Below are positions 14,580 to 30,004 of a stretch of DNA of 64,000 nt, one piece after another. The translations under genes and the position numbers were made by a program. Within the stretch, counting starts at the first letter, position 1, and the number at the start of each line of letters is the position of its first letter. The notes under the pieces were generated by a model. The model saw only the letters and a list, made by a program, of their open reading frames with translations, did no database searches and was not told the DNA's origin. Origin of the DNA: Eledone cirrhosa (taxonomy: Eukaryota); NCBI GenBank assembly GCA_964016885.1, contig OZ024742.1, positions 187,550,001-187,614,000 on the forward strand. The letters run 5' to 3'.

Positions 14580-15290
14580 TATTATAATTTACTATTAATT
14601 CTGGGAGGTTAGTGTTAGAGGCCTCAAGCACGCATCCGGCGGGCCCTGTCGGAAGCAACCGCCTCCAATTAATCCGTCGGACCACCAAGCGAGACCAGCC
14701 GAGATCATGGATGCTCTTCAACCATCTTGCTCGGGGCCTACCCATGGGACTTCTGCCGTAACATTATCAAGCGATTCATTCCTGAAACATTCTAAGCACA
14801 TATGCATAATATTTGAGAAGTAGTGGCTCTAACCAAGGCGTCTCTCTGATCACCAAGCTACGCACTATATCGAGTAATGTTACCCCAAAGACCATTAGGA
14901 GGAACTCCATATCCGCTGTTTGTATTCGCGATTGTATTTGGCTTTTACACCTACCTGCTTTTTTTCTGATGACCAAATCGTAAAGCTTGAGTATTTCTGT
15001 ACGAGCTTCTACATTTCGAGCACTTAATTCAGCCTCCTGCCCTCTATCACTCGTGAAGACGACCCCGAGACATTTGAACGTATCCACCTTCTTCAGTGGA
15101 ACTCCATTCAGGCTTCCTTGAGAAAACGAGTGTCTTAGTTTCGTAGCATTGACTTCCACACTCTCGTGCAGCACACGGAAGTAATCCTCTCAAGTAGTAG
15201 ATTACCTTCTGACGAGCAAATAAGTACCATGTCGGTCGTAAATTCTAGCCGACTGATTTTACAGCCGTTAGTCTAGATAAGACTTCATTT
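14580..15290 (-). mobile_element. RTE-clade LINE 3' fragment (pseudogenised)
   Basis: VDTFKCLGVVFTSD..., RIQTADMEFL...GVTLLDIVRS, GRPRARW motifs typical of the RTE C-terminal region. Confidence 0.8.
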
Positions 15291-15512
15291 GCAGAAATTC
15301 CCATTCTCAACTTTAATGTCTCTGCTGCCACATTTCATGCCTACTTGTACAGCAAATATTTGTAATCCTCCTTCTTTGCTTCGATGGCATTTTGATCAAT
15401 TGATTGAACCACATTGCGTCACACCAAGCCACCAAACACACACACACGTACACACACTCGCACACACACACACTTGCATACACTCATGCACACAAACAAA
15501 TACTTACATACA

Positions 15513-15580
<68 letters not shown>

Positions 15581-15585
<5 letters not shown>

Positions 15586-15848
15586 GGATTTAAATGGATA
15601 CAGTTCAGTTAAAAGAAATTTATTGACACGTGTTTCAATAACAGTTACATAACCTGAAAACAGCTGCTATCTACAAAGTATTAGTTATGCAGACATTCAA
15701 TATGTCAATGTTATTATCAACTGTCATTTCATCAGAATAATTTTATTGAGAACTTGTTTGGTTTTCATAGAGAATATTAGGAGGGAGTTGCTAGAATAGT
15801 TAAGGGAGTGGTTTTTTGATAGCAGTGAGAATTTTTGGTGGCAGTGAG

Positions 15849-15851
<3 letters not shown>
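15581..15851 (-). mobile_element. Solo antisense pLTR fragment of the same PLE family, between (TA)n tracts
   Basis: Reverse complement aligns to ~42380-42655 and starts at the same junction as the inverted arm at 38961. Confidence 0.85.
15620..15740 (-). ncRNA. Type I hammerhead motif (same family as 42500-42616)
   Basis: Reverse complement: ttatt CTGATGA aatgacagtt...aactgttatt GAAAC ACGT GTC aataa. 10-bp stem II base intact. Confidence 0.8.
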
Positions 15852-15904
<53 letters not shown>

Positions 15905-15907
<3 letters not shown>

Positions 15908-16311
15908 CGTTTAGAATTGGAAGGCCAAGCCAATGCAGGTATGGATATAGAATATAAATACAAATGCAAAAGATATTGTTGACAATTAGTCTATTACCTT
16001 AAATTTATTTAAATATCCTTAATTTTCTTCGGAGGGAAGTAGAGTGGTTAATTCAGTGTACTAATTAACTTGTCAGCACGAGTTGGCAAGCTAATTAGTA
16101 CAATGGATTAACCCCTTTACATCCCTACGAAGAAGAGATATTATCTCGAAAATTAAGGAATATTTAAATAAATTTAAGGTAAAAGACTAATTGTCAACAA
16201 TATCTTTGCATTTGCATTTATATTCTATATCCATACCTGCATTGTCTTGGCCTTCCAACTCCAAACGTTTACATCTCATCACACAATGCTTCAAGTGATC
16301 TACAACTTCCT

Positions 16312-16312
<1 letters not shown>
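15905..16312 (+). mobile_element. ~365-bp fold-back plus tail between TA tracts
   Basis: Continuous imperfect palindrome 15905-16270 with apex ~16079. Related sequence at 16549-16640. Confidence 0.65.
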
Positions 16313-16344
<32 letters not shown>

Positions 16345-16346
<2 letters not shown>

Positions 16347-16531
16347 CGAAGGAAATGTGGTAAGGAACCAGGTGGACCATAACGCACCAAAGTACTCAAT
16401 ACTTAGGGTAGTAGAGTGGGTAATAGGAACAAGTAAGACCCCGACGGCTGAGCTCAAGCCGTTTCGACGGTTGTACAGAATTAGCCGTCGAAACGGCTTG
16501 AACTCAGCAGTCGGGGTCTTACTTGTTCCTA
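16345..16531 (-). mobile_element. Short fold-back PLE 3' end, family A
   Basis: Reverse complement of the 1557/50890 unit; TA flanks. Confidence 0.85.
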
Positions 16532-16979
16532 TATATATATATATATATGAGCGTATTGAAGTTTGCTTGAAGCATTGTGGAATAATAAGGTAAATTTCTT
16601 TAAGTCGTTTGGAAGCCTCGACAATGCAGATGGGTATATCTCCGGGTAACAAGATCCGGTGGTGGAGAGAAAGATGTAAGTGGGTGTACGTTGAGATGCG
16701 TGACGTATAGAAGACTGTAGCGTGTATTTAGGAAAGAGCGTAAAGGATAAAAATAAACACACGAGATAGAGTTACCTTGCGAGAGATTTAATTGTCCCTA
16801 TATCTTTCGGATTCACATCCATCAACTGTTTTGTTTTTACGGGGGGGGGGGGGGGTGTTGTCCGAAAGGTGCGAAACGTGTCCTCCGCTGTTCGTTGTTT
16901 TGAATATCAAACGACTTAAAGAAATATATATATATATACATATGTAGAACACCTACGCACACACACACACACACGCACG

Positions 16980-17095
<116 letters not shown>

Positions 17096-17183
17096 CGTAT
17101 ATATCTGTGTGTGTATAATGTGTGTTTAGATCTTTGCTGTAAAACCACTGTGAAATAGCATTATTTATTTACATGAAGGGCTG

Positions 17184-17366
17184 TGGATTGGTAGTATCGG
17201 TAGAGGGTCGGACGCCATGCTTTCCAGCATAGTTACGTCCCTTTAAGATCTGAGTTCAAATCCCGCCGAGGTTGACTTTGCCTTTCATTCTTACGGGGTC
17301 GATAAAATAAAGTACCAGTAATGCACTGGGTAATTGCTGGCCTTGTGATTAAGTAGAAACAATTAT
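17184..17366 (+). mobile_element. SINE, same family
   Basis: ggattggtagtatcggtagag...gagttcaaatcccgccgagg...agtagaaacaattatt. Confidence 0.85.
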
Positions 17367-17603
17367 TTATTTACATTGTACTTTAGGAAAAAAAAACGAC
17401 TTGTGTACAGTTGAGTTTAAGGAGAATCTCTCCTGAAATTGATAAAAAAGTAAATAGATTTTTTATTATGCAGAAAAAGTAGGAAAGATATAAAATATAA
17501 ACAGACGATTTTGCTCTGTTGAACACGTGAATTTCTCTTTTACATCGTATTTCCACTTATATGTTTAGTTAAGAAGAACTTCAGTCCGATCACATGATAT
17601 TTT

Positions 17604-18641
<1,038 letters not shown>

Positions 18642-19203
18642 GTGTGTGTGTGTTTATTTTTCTTTTATTCGTTTATTCATTCGTTTATGCATACCTTCGA
18701 TTATTCGTTCATTCATGTATTCATTAGATTGGTATGCAGGATGATGAATGAAAACAACCAATGAGGATTGTATATTGAGAAACAATAAGAGAAAAACATA
18801 CAACATAAAACTGAATAACGTACAGTTAAGATGCACAACTATAAAAACAACAGCTCTATACATACATGCATATGTACATACATACATACATGCATATACA
18901 CATACGTATATATATATATATATATATATGCTAGCCTGTGTGTGTGTATATTCATTTGTATGAATTTATATACATATATATGCATATACATATATACATA
19001 TATACATATATACATATATTCATATACATATATATACTCACACACAAACATAAACATATATATATATATATATATATATACATAAGGATGTACCATACAT
19101 ACTCACTCATGTATGTAATTTTCTCCTGAAAGTGAACAATACATATAGTTATATTACAATACAAAAGGACACGCAACCATCTCTTTTCAGTTCAGTGTCA
19201 CTA

Positions 19204-19302
<99 letters not shown>

Positions 19303-20612
19303 TGTGTGTGTGTGTGTGTGTTTATATGTGCGTGTACGGAGTATTTTTTATATATTTATATGTTTATTGATTACGTGACTACGAGAGGAATGAGATGATT
19401 GCAAAAGGTATAGTTTCTAGTTGGTAATGATGCCGGATTCTGCACCAACAGATTCAAGTTGAATATCAATTTGTTTTTTAAGGTAAAAAAATATCGTAAG
19501 CAAAATATAAAAAAAAAGCTGAACATAAATTTATCAGAAACTTTATTTTTCTTTTCGACTGGTATATTCGGAATTATATCCTCCCCTTTATTCTTACGTA
19601 TACAACATTTAGGCAGTAGTAGTCTCCGGTCTAACTAATTCCTTCTACGTAAAGTCTAATATTTATTATTTGTCAAATACTATTTATTGATGATAAACTA
19701 TGATATAGGCTGAAACCTGTCGTAGTATCGAAACTGAAGACAATGGCTTCTAATTTAAGCACAAGACCAGCAATTTGATTGAAGGTTTAGTTGACTTAAT
19801 CGTTTCCAGTACTTCAGTAGTACATTTTAAGTCAACGTAGGAGAAGATAAGGCAAAGTTGATCTTTCAAGATTAGTGATTTTAACCTAGAACGTACAGTT
19901 AGAATGAACACCAATAATCTAACGATTCTTCCAACCCGAACCTTTTCGAAAACGAAAATTATTCATAGTAAAATAGAAGAAAATGTGCGACCTTCTACTT
20001 AAATGATTTGTATATAATAGTTTCTGAATTAGGTATAAGGCCAACAATTTTAGGGAAGGTGAACGTCAATTATATCGAGCCTAGAGTATTACTGGTGCTT
20101 TGTTTTGTCGAGCTCGTAAGGATGAAATGCAAAGCTAAGCAGACTGTATATAATATAGATTAGTATATAATGCTAACTAAGCAGATATAACTACAGAGCA
20201 ATGAGTAAACACATATACATCGTTGGACATTGTGTTCTTCAAACAGAATAACATTGATTTTAGATAGTTATGTTGTATCGAAATATGCCATAGCATAATA
20301 ATATGCCATGAGTAAAAGTAGCTATGTGTACACAACAGCAATATAGGAAATATATGCAAAGAAGATCAATGATCAAAAGCTCCTGGTGTGGTCGTAGGGT
20401 CACTCTCGTAAAATATCCCTTGTCTTGGATATTTTAAACCTGACGGCTCATAACCTCTCATAAATATGGATCATAGTCGATTTCATTAACATAGAAATTG
20501 ATGATGAAATGAGAAGAGAAAAGGTGTGAGAGAAGAATGAAATCGACATCAGTACAAAAATGGTACATTTTATATTGCTCCTCATATTGTTCAAACACGA
20601 GAAGTTAGTTAC

Positions 20613-20651
<39 letters not shown>

Positions 20652-21304
20652 AGCAATTTTTGTTATGTGTACCTGTAATTCGTGTTTGATCAACGGAAAA
20701 TTCTACTCATAAAATTAACGGGAAATTAGCTGAGTATTCCATAGGCATATATTGTTCCTGTGAATTTATTGTGAGAAAGTTAACCTTTGAGAGAAACTTA
20801 AACTGATAAATATAGTATTAGCTGCCGCGGGGGAAAGCTATTTTCTAAGTTTTACCAATGAAAGGTTCCCCTGAAATATATTCAATTCTTTTCCCTGAAC
20901 TGTGGTTCACAATTACTCGTACCCCTATAACAGACTCGGAGTATATTCCACAGCCATTATTTCACTCACAAGGTTTGCGTCAATTCGTGGTTGTGATAAA
21001 TGACATTTGCTCATGATTGCGAAACGTAGAACTTAACCACTTGGCTAGGCTCCGTAACAACCTCAAACATTCGACTAGGCTGTGTACACTTAAGAGATTA
21101 ATCGTTAATTAAAATCATATTGTAATTAAAGCAGAGAAATAAGAAATGTAAAGAATTGAAAACAACAGAAAGCACCTTTAACAACGAACGACCACGACAG
21201 TTATTTCTGGGAAACAATTTCAATAAAAATGAAAATTTAAGGGGAAAAGACATAAATTATGGGAGGATAAAATTATATTTCATTAATTATAAAACAATAA
21301 TAAT

Positions 21305-21730
21305 AGAAGTAGTTTGAGTAGCAGTAGTGGTGGTGGTGGGTGTGGTAGTAGAGGTGCTGCTGGTGGTGGTAGTAGTGGTAATAGTGTTATTATTATTATT
21401 ATTATTATTAGTAGTAGTAGTAGTAGTAGTGATAGTGGTGGTGGTAGTAGTAGCTCTAAAGGTACTGGTGGTAGCAGAATTGGTGGTAGTAGTAGTAGCT
21501 GTAGAGGTACTGGTTGTAACAGAGTTGGTGGTGGTAGTAGTAGTGATGGTGGTAGTCGTGGTGTTGGTGGTGGTAGTAGTAATAGTGGTAATGGTGGTAG
21601 TAGTGGTGGTAGTAGTCGAGGTAGTAATGGTAGTAATAGTAGAGGTGGTGGTGGTGGTATAGTGGAGGTGCTGGTTGTAGCAGTAGTAGTGGTTGTGGAG
21701 GTGCTAGTGGTGTAAGTAATGGTAGCAATA
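21305..21730. repeat. Degenerate (GTA/GTG)n trinucleotide repeat
   Basis: Direct reading. Confidence 0.9.
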
Positions 21731-21903
21731 CTAATTATATGAAAATAAAGAGAAAAATATGGAATAAATCATGCCTGATGCTCTCTATTTCGATAATTAG
21801 TTTAAATTGTTTAGAAATCATGTTTTTTAAAATACTTGGTTATGAAGTACGACATAATTCTAATTTTACTTCATTTGTTTGTTGGTATCGTTACATTTAT
21901 GAT

Positions 21904-21952
<49 letters not shown>

Positions 21953-21954
<2 letters not shown>

Positions 21955-22085
21955 TGTTTCTACTTTTGGCACAAGGCCAGCAATAACCCAATGCATTACT
22001 GGTACTTTATCTTATCGACCCCGGAAGGATGAAAGGCAAAGTTAACCTCGGCGGGATTTGAGGTTAACTTTGCCTTTCATCCTTC
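21953..22085 (-). mobile_element. 5'-truncated SINE with 25-bp fold-back and (AAT)n tail
   Basis: Reverse-complement SINE body followed by inverted gaggttaactttgcctttcatcctt. Confidence 0.75.
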
Positions 22086-22489
22086 AATAATAATAATAAT
22101 AACAATAACAACAACCACAACATCCACAAAAACAACAACAAAACAATAAAAGGTACAACAAAAAGAAGAACAATAATAATGGTTTCTTATATAGGTACAC
22201 AAGGTCAATACTTTGGAGGGATGGGTAAGACGATTGAATCGACCCCAGTGCGTGACTGGTATTTATTTTATCGACCCAGTAATGATGAAAGGCAAAGTTA
22301 ACCTTGGCAGGACTTGAACATAAAGGGCCATAACTCTATTATGATATCGTCAACTTCGTTGTCCTATTAATCATGATCATCATCAATGTTATGAACATAA
22401 TCAACTTTCGTGTAGGCAGCTATAGCCACCGGCATAATGATAATATTTTAATGTGTATATTATTTTATAATTTTATATTATTTTGTTTG

Positions 22490-22521
<32 letters not shown>

Positions 22522-22992
22522 TCTATTTTACTGATATATTTACAGCCTTGTTGACGCTTCGTTAATTTATCCCATATTAAACAACAGGAAACATATGCTC
22601 AACAGTGTGCAAATAGTCAACAAAACAGCCAAGGTTTCACCGTCTCAGCCGCCGCCACACTCAACCCACAATACATAATAAAGAAAAGAAATAAAATACA
22701 GTCTTCATCAGCGAGCGCCTCTTTTGTTACACTGGCAATTGTCTTTTTTTGTATTTTTCTTTTCTTTAGCTTCGTTAAAATCGACGACGACGAAGAAGAA
22801 AGGACCATTACCACTAATGTTATCTCTTCTATCTCACCAGACCCAACAAAAAGAAAAAAACGCAACATCTATTACCATCAATATTACTAATGGTCGTCGT
22901 TGTCAACGACATCGTCTTCATCACCTTCGTCGTCGTCCATGTCGACAAGAGCTGGTATAATAATGATAACAACAACAACAATAATAATAATA

Positions 22993-23180
22993 ATAATTGT
23001 TTCTACTTTTGGCCCAAGGCCAGCAAAATACCCGGTACATTACTGGTACTTTATTTTATCGACCCCGTAAGGATGAAAGGCAAAGTGAACCTCGGCGGGA
23101 TTTGAACTCAGACCGTAAAGGGACATAACTATGCTTTAAAGCAAGGCGTCCGACTCTCTACCGATACTGCCAATCCAACG
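22993..23180 (-). mobile_element. SINE, same family
   Basis: Reverse complement of the consensus with (AAT)n tail. Confidence 0.85.
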
Positions 23181-23189
23181 CAATAATAA

Positions 23190-24145
23190 TGCTTTCTTTA
23201 TTAACCACAAGGTTTGACAGAGAGTATAAAATTAGGGATATCACAGGACAGTGCAGGACATTACAAATGGGCCTTTCTGTGTGTAAAAAACAAAAACAGA
23301 GGATGTAACAAAAAAAGAAACAAGGATAATTTCCTCTTTACTGGGGAGAGTTCCGAGGGTCATTCGTGGAGAAAGCCCACAAAAAAAGGCACGGTTACCC
23401 TTACCTCTAAGGCAAGCGTTCTCTTCCAGTTTTCCTCCTACGATACTACAGGCACACGCTCAGCACAGGCCTATTCACACGAGCCATTCTTGCCTCTGTC
23501 ACCCACCTTTCAACAAATTGGCTGGAAGGCAGCACTTCCATCTCCACCCTGATTTTCCTTTAATGAGGGCGTCACCGAAGAGTAAAATGCCTGCATTCAA
23601 CAATACAACCTCTTTAATCACGGCTACGAACCAGATAAAAACTGCCTGCCCCTCCTGGTTAAAGGAGAGCAGTGAGGCAATCTTCACTGTGGACTCAGCT
23701 GCTAGCCGGATCCGTCCTACACGCGACATCAGATGTTCGACATAAACTCACATGTCAACGATGCTCGGACACTGGGTGAATGCTTGCAGGTCGGTCTCGT
23801 CGTCTGACGCACATCTCGGACAGGCCCGGCTGACGGCACTTCCATGCTTGTAAAGTTTATCTCCAACTTAGTAGCGCTGCCAGGCCGAGGATTTATGCAA
23901 GTTGTCCGTGGGTCCCGGCCTGAAGGTTCTCTCGAAGAGATTGGCTAGTTCATTTTAGTCGACGCCCAGAGTCTCCCCAAGGATGTTGTCGCTCTTGTGC
24001 TCCAATAAACCTGTATAAACGCCAAGGTAGAGTTTCCACCTATCGCATCACCCGATTGGTCGAGGGCTGTGAGCACCTAAAGACGTTCCAGTCTCCAAGC
24101 GCTTCCTCTCGGTCTTCGCTTGACCCAGTCTGTTCAGACTCTAGT
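23190..24145 (-). mobile_element. L1/Tx1-clade LINE 3' fragment
   Basis: Minus strand DKLYKHG...ACPRCASDDETDLQAFTQCP, a zf-RVT-like CxxC..ET..F..C motif, with stops; followed by UTR. Confidence 0.7.
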
Positions 24146-26610
24146 CTATTTCCAAGACAGTACGGGTTGAGTAAGTGCCACTACTGAAAGATTATGAAGT
24201 CTTGAAACAGCGCTGTCGGACATTCTTAAATGTACAATATGTTCACAGAAGAAAATAGAAAAATAGTTTTTTTTACGAAAACATTTTTCTTTCGTAGGGA
24301 GGATACCTTTATATTTATTGCATATGGACGTATAGTATATATTTATAAATAAATTCACATGCATCTTCATTATACTTAAACGGTGTCTTAGTGTTACTGC
24401 CAATTATATATATATATGTGTGTGTGTGTCTGTGTGTGTATGTGTGTGCATGTGCTTGTGTGTGTGTGAGTATGTGTGTGTGTGTGTGTGTGTGGCGTGT
24501 GTGTGTGAGTGTGTTTGCGTCTTTATTGATGAGAATCAGGTGCATAATTCGTTCCATGAATCATTTCACGATAATTCTTTCAAAGAGTGAAATAATATGT
24601 AGGTTTATACAAAGAATAAATGATTCTTATTTCAGAGAAAATAAGATTGGCTACGTAAATATATTTTTTTCGTACACGGAAATGAATTATTTTACGAAAA
24701 TCTATAAATTTTAATTAGTTGTTTCCGTATTTGATCCAAAATATTTTGTAAGAATAAATAGAATAATCTATGTAGCGATAATGAATATTTATTTCTTATT
24801 TTATGTAAAAATATTATTAAAATGTCGCATATTCTTATATTGCATGTTTCTCCTGAGATAATTGTTGCTAGACAAAGCATAAAACACAAACGTTTAAAAA
24901 TATTACTTCATAACATTATCATCTCATGTTCTTTGCAAAGCATTATGGCGTTAAAACAGAATTGAGAATGCTTTAGCTCGGAGAATAGTGCAGACCTGCC
25001 AACCTCTAAAAACCCACACGGGGAGTACTATGAAAAAAGTGCCCCAAAACGGGGAAAAATGAGGCAAAATGGGGAGATTTTATATAATGAAAGCTATAGC
25101 CATTTTCAAGAGTGAAGGCATCGTTAACCCACCCCAAAGTGGGTGAGGGATCTCCTCGTCGGACGAGGAGAGTTGACAGTTCTGATAGTGAGGGAAATGT
25201 GCTGAAAGAGCCGAATCAGCTGGCAGGGTGTGTTTTCTGGACGGCCCTCTTTGTTCGTATCGTAATGACTATGGAGGTGTTTTGTGAAACGAAAACGTCT
25301 GATGTTTTCATCGTTATAGGTCCGCCGATAAACCTATCATCGGAGACTGGTCGGTCCTTTCATAGCTTGCGGTCTTCACTCTGTTGGGCAACTACTTTTA
25401 TTTTGTTACTTTTACAAAAGAAAAAAAAACCCAAACATTGAAAATGTATCGTAACGTAACTTTCGTTTTATAGTTACATAACGAAATCTCAGGTTTATTG
25501 TAGTAGTTGCCAGACAAAGTAGATTATTGTTATCATACGTGACGGAAATTATATTAAATCTTGTGAGTCTCTCTCCCATATAATCATATATAGTTATGAA
25601 AGAGCAAGATGTTTTTTTAAATTCTTCCAGCGTTTGTGTAATAAACGAAGGTTAGTAGGTGATTGACATATCAGTAAGATTTTAGTGAACAGTAAAGGTG
25701 AAAATTTGGAGAAAACTGCGACAAATCACGACTGTTTATTTACGTCTCATATTAATATGACAGGAAATCAACAGAAAATAATATACCTTTAATATATATA
25801 ATCTTAGTCTACATAAAATAAAACGTGTGACTTCATAGTTAGAGTAACAGACAAGATCGTGATGATGTAGGTTCGTTTCTCGTATTTATCAACGTGTTGT
25901 CTTCAACAAAGCATTTCATTTCACGTTGTTTCAGTTCATGTAGCCGATATATGAGTAAAGGGGTTTACTCTGCGTTTGGGCCAGTTTCTTGTACTCACAA
26001 TCATGTAACGACCATAGAACTAGGCGTTGCGATGTCTAGTGGGATAGTGGGACTCAGCCTTGCTAGGTCTAGGGGATGGTTTTTGTATTCTCATTCACTT
26101 AAACACATTGGAATTAGGACCTGCAATGTCAAATTGAGAGTGTTGTACTCCCCGTGGCTTATCGAACATAGAACCAGGATAAGCTCCGGGCTTGGTCCAA
26201 ACCGTGTAAATCATTTTAAAAATCAGATGAAAAACAATACAACTCTAAATCGTTAAAGAGTTAAGCCTTGTTAAGTGTTTTAAAAGCGAGACGCCATTAA
26301 TGGGAAATCAAGACAACAACAACATCAAAAACAATAAAAAGAACAGTAAGAAAATAGTAAAATATGATGAGAAACAACAACACAAAACAAGAAAAATATG
26401 GATCAGGTTGTGTGAAGGAATACATATGATAGCAGATATTAGTTCTATCGATGAGATATTGACCTGAGATATAGAGATATTTTGAAGACGAACTCATGAT
26501 TAAAGTCGTTATTTCTTTGGGAAATGGAACTACTCGTTGCCAACGTATATGGTATTCATTAGCATCATATTGCAATGTTCAATGTATTCTTCTACCACTG
26601 GCGTTGTCAG

Positions 26611-26796
26611 TGGATTGGCAGTATCGGTAGAGGGTCGGACGCCATGCTTTGACGTATAGAGTTACGGCCCTTGCCATTCTGAGTTCAAATCCCGCCGAGG
26701 TTAACTTTGCCTTTCATCCTTACGGGGTCGATAAAATAAAGTACCAGTAATGCACTGGGTAATTGCTGGCCTTGTGCCAAAAGTAGAAACAATTAT
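26611..26796 (+). mobile_element. SINE, same family
   Basis: Full consensus match. Confidence 0.87.
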
Positions 26797-26875
26797 TTAC
26801 ACTCTCTTCCCTGGAGTCTACAGAACCCTTCAATAAAGCAAAATACCAAAAATAAAAATATAGAAATGTATAACG

Positions 26876-26907
<32 letters not shown>

Positions 26908-26912
<5 letters not shown>

Positions 26913-27204
26913 GAAATCAAAAGATGGTTAAAAGAGTTCCAAGTATTTTATTAGGCGCATTTCAAAAACAAATATCATCATGAGATGACATTTGCATTTT
27001 CATCAGATAAAATAGGGATACATGATATAAAGGTTAAATAACACTTGTGAATAGCGAAGTTTGAAATCAGCATATATAATACTTGAAACTCTTTTAACCA
27101 TCTTTTGATTTTATATTATTTTTACTCCAGTCCTACAAACTGTAGAGTGCTACTTATCCGATGTTTGCATTGCTTTATTGTACTACAATAAAACTCACCT
27201 CCTC

Positions 27205-27205
<1 letters not shown>
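26908..27205 (+). mobile_element. Fold-back PLE-type end with tail
   Basis: aatatgaaatcaaaagatggttaaaagagtt is inverted at ~27086-27118. The tail resembles 58742-58798. Confidence 0.65.
26945..27013 (-). ncRNA. Type I hammerhead motif
   Basis: Reverse complement: attttat CTGATGA aaatgcaaatgtcatc-tcat-gatgatatttgttttt GAAA TGCGCC TA ataaaat. 7-bp stem I; one mismatch in stem III. Confidence 0.7.
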
Positions 27206-27269
<64 letters not shown>

Positions 27270-27329
27270 ATGTGTGTGTTTGCTCATATGAGTCTGTATA
27301 TATATATGTATATATATATATATATATGT

Positions 27330-27401
<72 letters not shown>

Positions 27402-27473
27402 ACATATATATATATATATACATACATATATACAGACTCATATGCGCAAACACACACATACACACACACACAC

Positions 27474-27517
<44 letters not shown>

Positions 27518-27639
27518 AGAGTGAGAGAGGGAGAGAGAGAGAGAAAGAAAGAGAGAGATAGAAGAAAGGTGGAGAACTGGTAATGAGAATAAAAGGACGA
27601 AGTCACACATACAAGTTCATATATATATATATATGTTTA

Positions 27640-27824
27640 TGGATTGGCAGTATCGGTAGAGGGTCGGACGCCATGCTTTTCAGCACAGAGTTACGTCCCT
27701 TTACGGACTGAGTTCAAATACCGTTGAGGTTAACTTTGCCTTTCTTCCCTCCGAGGTCGATAAAATAAAGTACCAGTAATGCACTGGGTATTTGCTGGCC
27801 TTGTGCCAAAAGTAGAAACAATTA
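27640..27824 (+). mobile_element. SINE, same family
   Basis: Full consensus match. Confidence 0.85.
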
Positions 27825-27886
27825 TATATATATTTTATACACACACACAGAAACACATACTCACACACACAAACACATACACACAG

Positions 27887-27928
<42 letters not shown>

Positions 27929-28481
27929 GTTTACATATATATATATTTATTTATTTACATATACCACGATATTTGGGGTATATATAGCTAGAGATAGATG
28001 GGGTGAGAGTGTTAGAAAACTATAAATGTAAAGAAGAAAAGAAATCTTAAAATAATTGTTGATAACAGAAAAAGATAAAGTTCTACTGAAGACGTTAATG
28101 TTGAATGAAACAAATATAGCAATAGTAAGAAGATGAATGAAAGAAAAGTAACAAAATAAGACGATGCGAAAGTTCTGCACGCCAACACATAAACAGAGCA
28201 AGGTAAAACAATAATGAATATAGATATATTGTGATTTCTATAATAGAAAATCATTTTTCTCTATTTATATTCAGTGTCAGTGTCGTGAAGTACGACACAA
28301 AAGATATTAGATATAAAGAAGGGGAGAAGAAAAAATGTGTGAATCTACTGATACGTTGATGAAGGCGTTATCAGGCAACACCACAAGATAGATATGAGCT
28401 GATGTCTAACTTTCTATAATAATGGTTCTATTGTGTGGTGATTTTGAGAGTGTTACTCGCATTCCTTAGGGTCATTCGGCA

Positions 28482-28562
<81 letters not shown>

Positions 28563-28634
28563 ACACACACACACACTCACACACATATATATATAATACA
28601 TATATACATTATATATGTATATAAATTTATATAT

Positions 28635-28676
<42 letters not shown>

Positions 28677-28810
28677 AAAGCGCGTGGTTGAGTTATCAGC
28701 GAATTGAATTCACAATCTTGGGTTGTGAGTTCGATTCCTGGACTGAGTGATGCATTATGTCCTTGAGCAAAACAATTTATTTTACGTTGCTGCATCTACC
28801 TGGACTCGCG
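28677..28810 (+). mobile_element. Second tRNA-derived SINE type (decayed)
   Basis: gcgtggttgagttatcag (A-box-like), gagttcgattcc (B box), tgtccttgagcaaaac core. Confidence 0.55.
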
Positions 28811-28891
28811 ACTGATAGAGAGTATTAGCAATTATAAAGACCAACGGAAACATTGTTTCCTCGGTCCAATTTGACGAAAATCGATTGACTG

Positions 28892-28923
<32 letters not shown>

Positions 28924-28974
28924 ATATATATATATATATATACATACATATATATATATATATTATATATATAT

Positions 28975-29043
<69 letters not shown>

Positions 29044-29049
<6 letters not shown>

Positions 29050-29887
29050 CAAGGTTTAGCAAATACAGAAAAAGTTTTAAAATAAATGTTAAAAAGTTCA
29101 CTGTACTTACTATATGTGCCTTTACCGCGCGCTTTCAAACCCCAAAATAAATAAATAATCCAAATGGATTTCCATTGAGAAAGGGAGTTTTCGTCAGAAG
29201 GTTTTACTCGCTCGGAGAATATAAAATTCCCGAATCAAATCACAAACTGGCGCCATACAAAACTGTTCCCGAATGAGAGCGAATGATGAAAGGAACAATT
29301 TTGTCTAGTGCCGTGTGTAAAGACAAAAGGCAGACTGGATAGATCAAAGTCCTGCTACTAAAAAGAGCAGCAGTGCAAGCGGCCAAAAGTTCTCTCAACC
29401 TTAGGGGATTTAATAAGGTTGACATAACTTTTGGTCGTTTGAACTGCTGCTATTTCTAGTAGCAGGACATTGACCTATCCACCCTGCCTTTTGTGTTTAT
29501 ACACGGCACTAGACAAAATTGTTTCTTTCATCATTCGCTCTCATTCGGGAACAGTTTTGTATGGCGCCAGTTTGTGATTTGATTCGGGAATTTTATATTC
29601 TCCGAGCGAGTAAAACCTTCTGACGAAAACTCCCTTTTATCAATGGAAATCCACTTGGATTATCTATTTATGTTGGGGTTTGAAACCGCGCGGTAAAGGC
29701 ACATGTAGTAAGCACAGTGAACTTTTTAATATTTATTTAAAAACTTTTTCTCTATTTGCTAAACCTTGATTTTATATGTTCTGGTTTGTTAGTTTATTAA
29801 CCTGCCATAGAACAACATTGGCATACGGTTGGACAATACTTGTGTCCCTATATGTATTTTTTACACGTAGGAACACATACTTTATTA
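29044..29887 (+). mobile_element. ~730-bp fold-back (arms meet near 29405) plus ~110-bp tail in (TA)n; PLE pLTR-type
   Basis: 29044-29400 is an imperfect reverse complement of 29415-29776; the right arm carries an HHR. Confidence 0.8.
29616..29699 (+). ncRNA. Canonical-core type I hammerhead motif
   Basis: cctt-CTGACGA-aaactcc...ggggttt-GAAAC-CGCGCG-GTA-aagg. Palindromic stem III (accgcgcggt). Antisense copy ~29119-29201. Confidence 0.82.
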
Positions 29888-29942
29888 TATATATATATAT
29901 ATATATTGTTATACTTTGGGAGGGTCATATTTCAGAAACGAA

Positions 29943-29976
<34 letters not shown>

Positions 29977-30004
29977 TAGAAAGAGTCGGAGCCATCTCTT
30001 TCTA

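Noticed and set aside
16123-16160. HHR-like cGAAGA..GAAA in the 15905 fold-back (also weak motifs near 20480-20560, 58035-58090, 61720-61780, 63735)
   Set aside because: Core or stems too degenerate to call.
21314-21728. Gly/Ser-rich, poly-Val and His/Tyr-rich ORFs
   Set aside because: All frames of a degenerate GTA/GTG repeat.
24990-25400. Possible hAT-like terminus (cagacctgccaacc) and GC-richer ORF 25112-25441
   Set aside because: No partner inverted repeat or protein motif found in the window.
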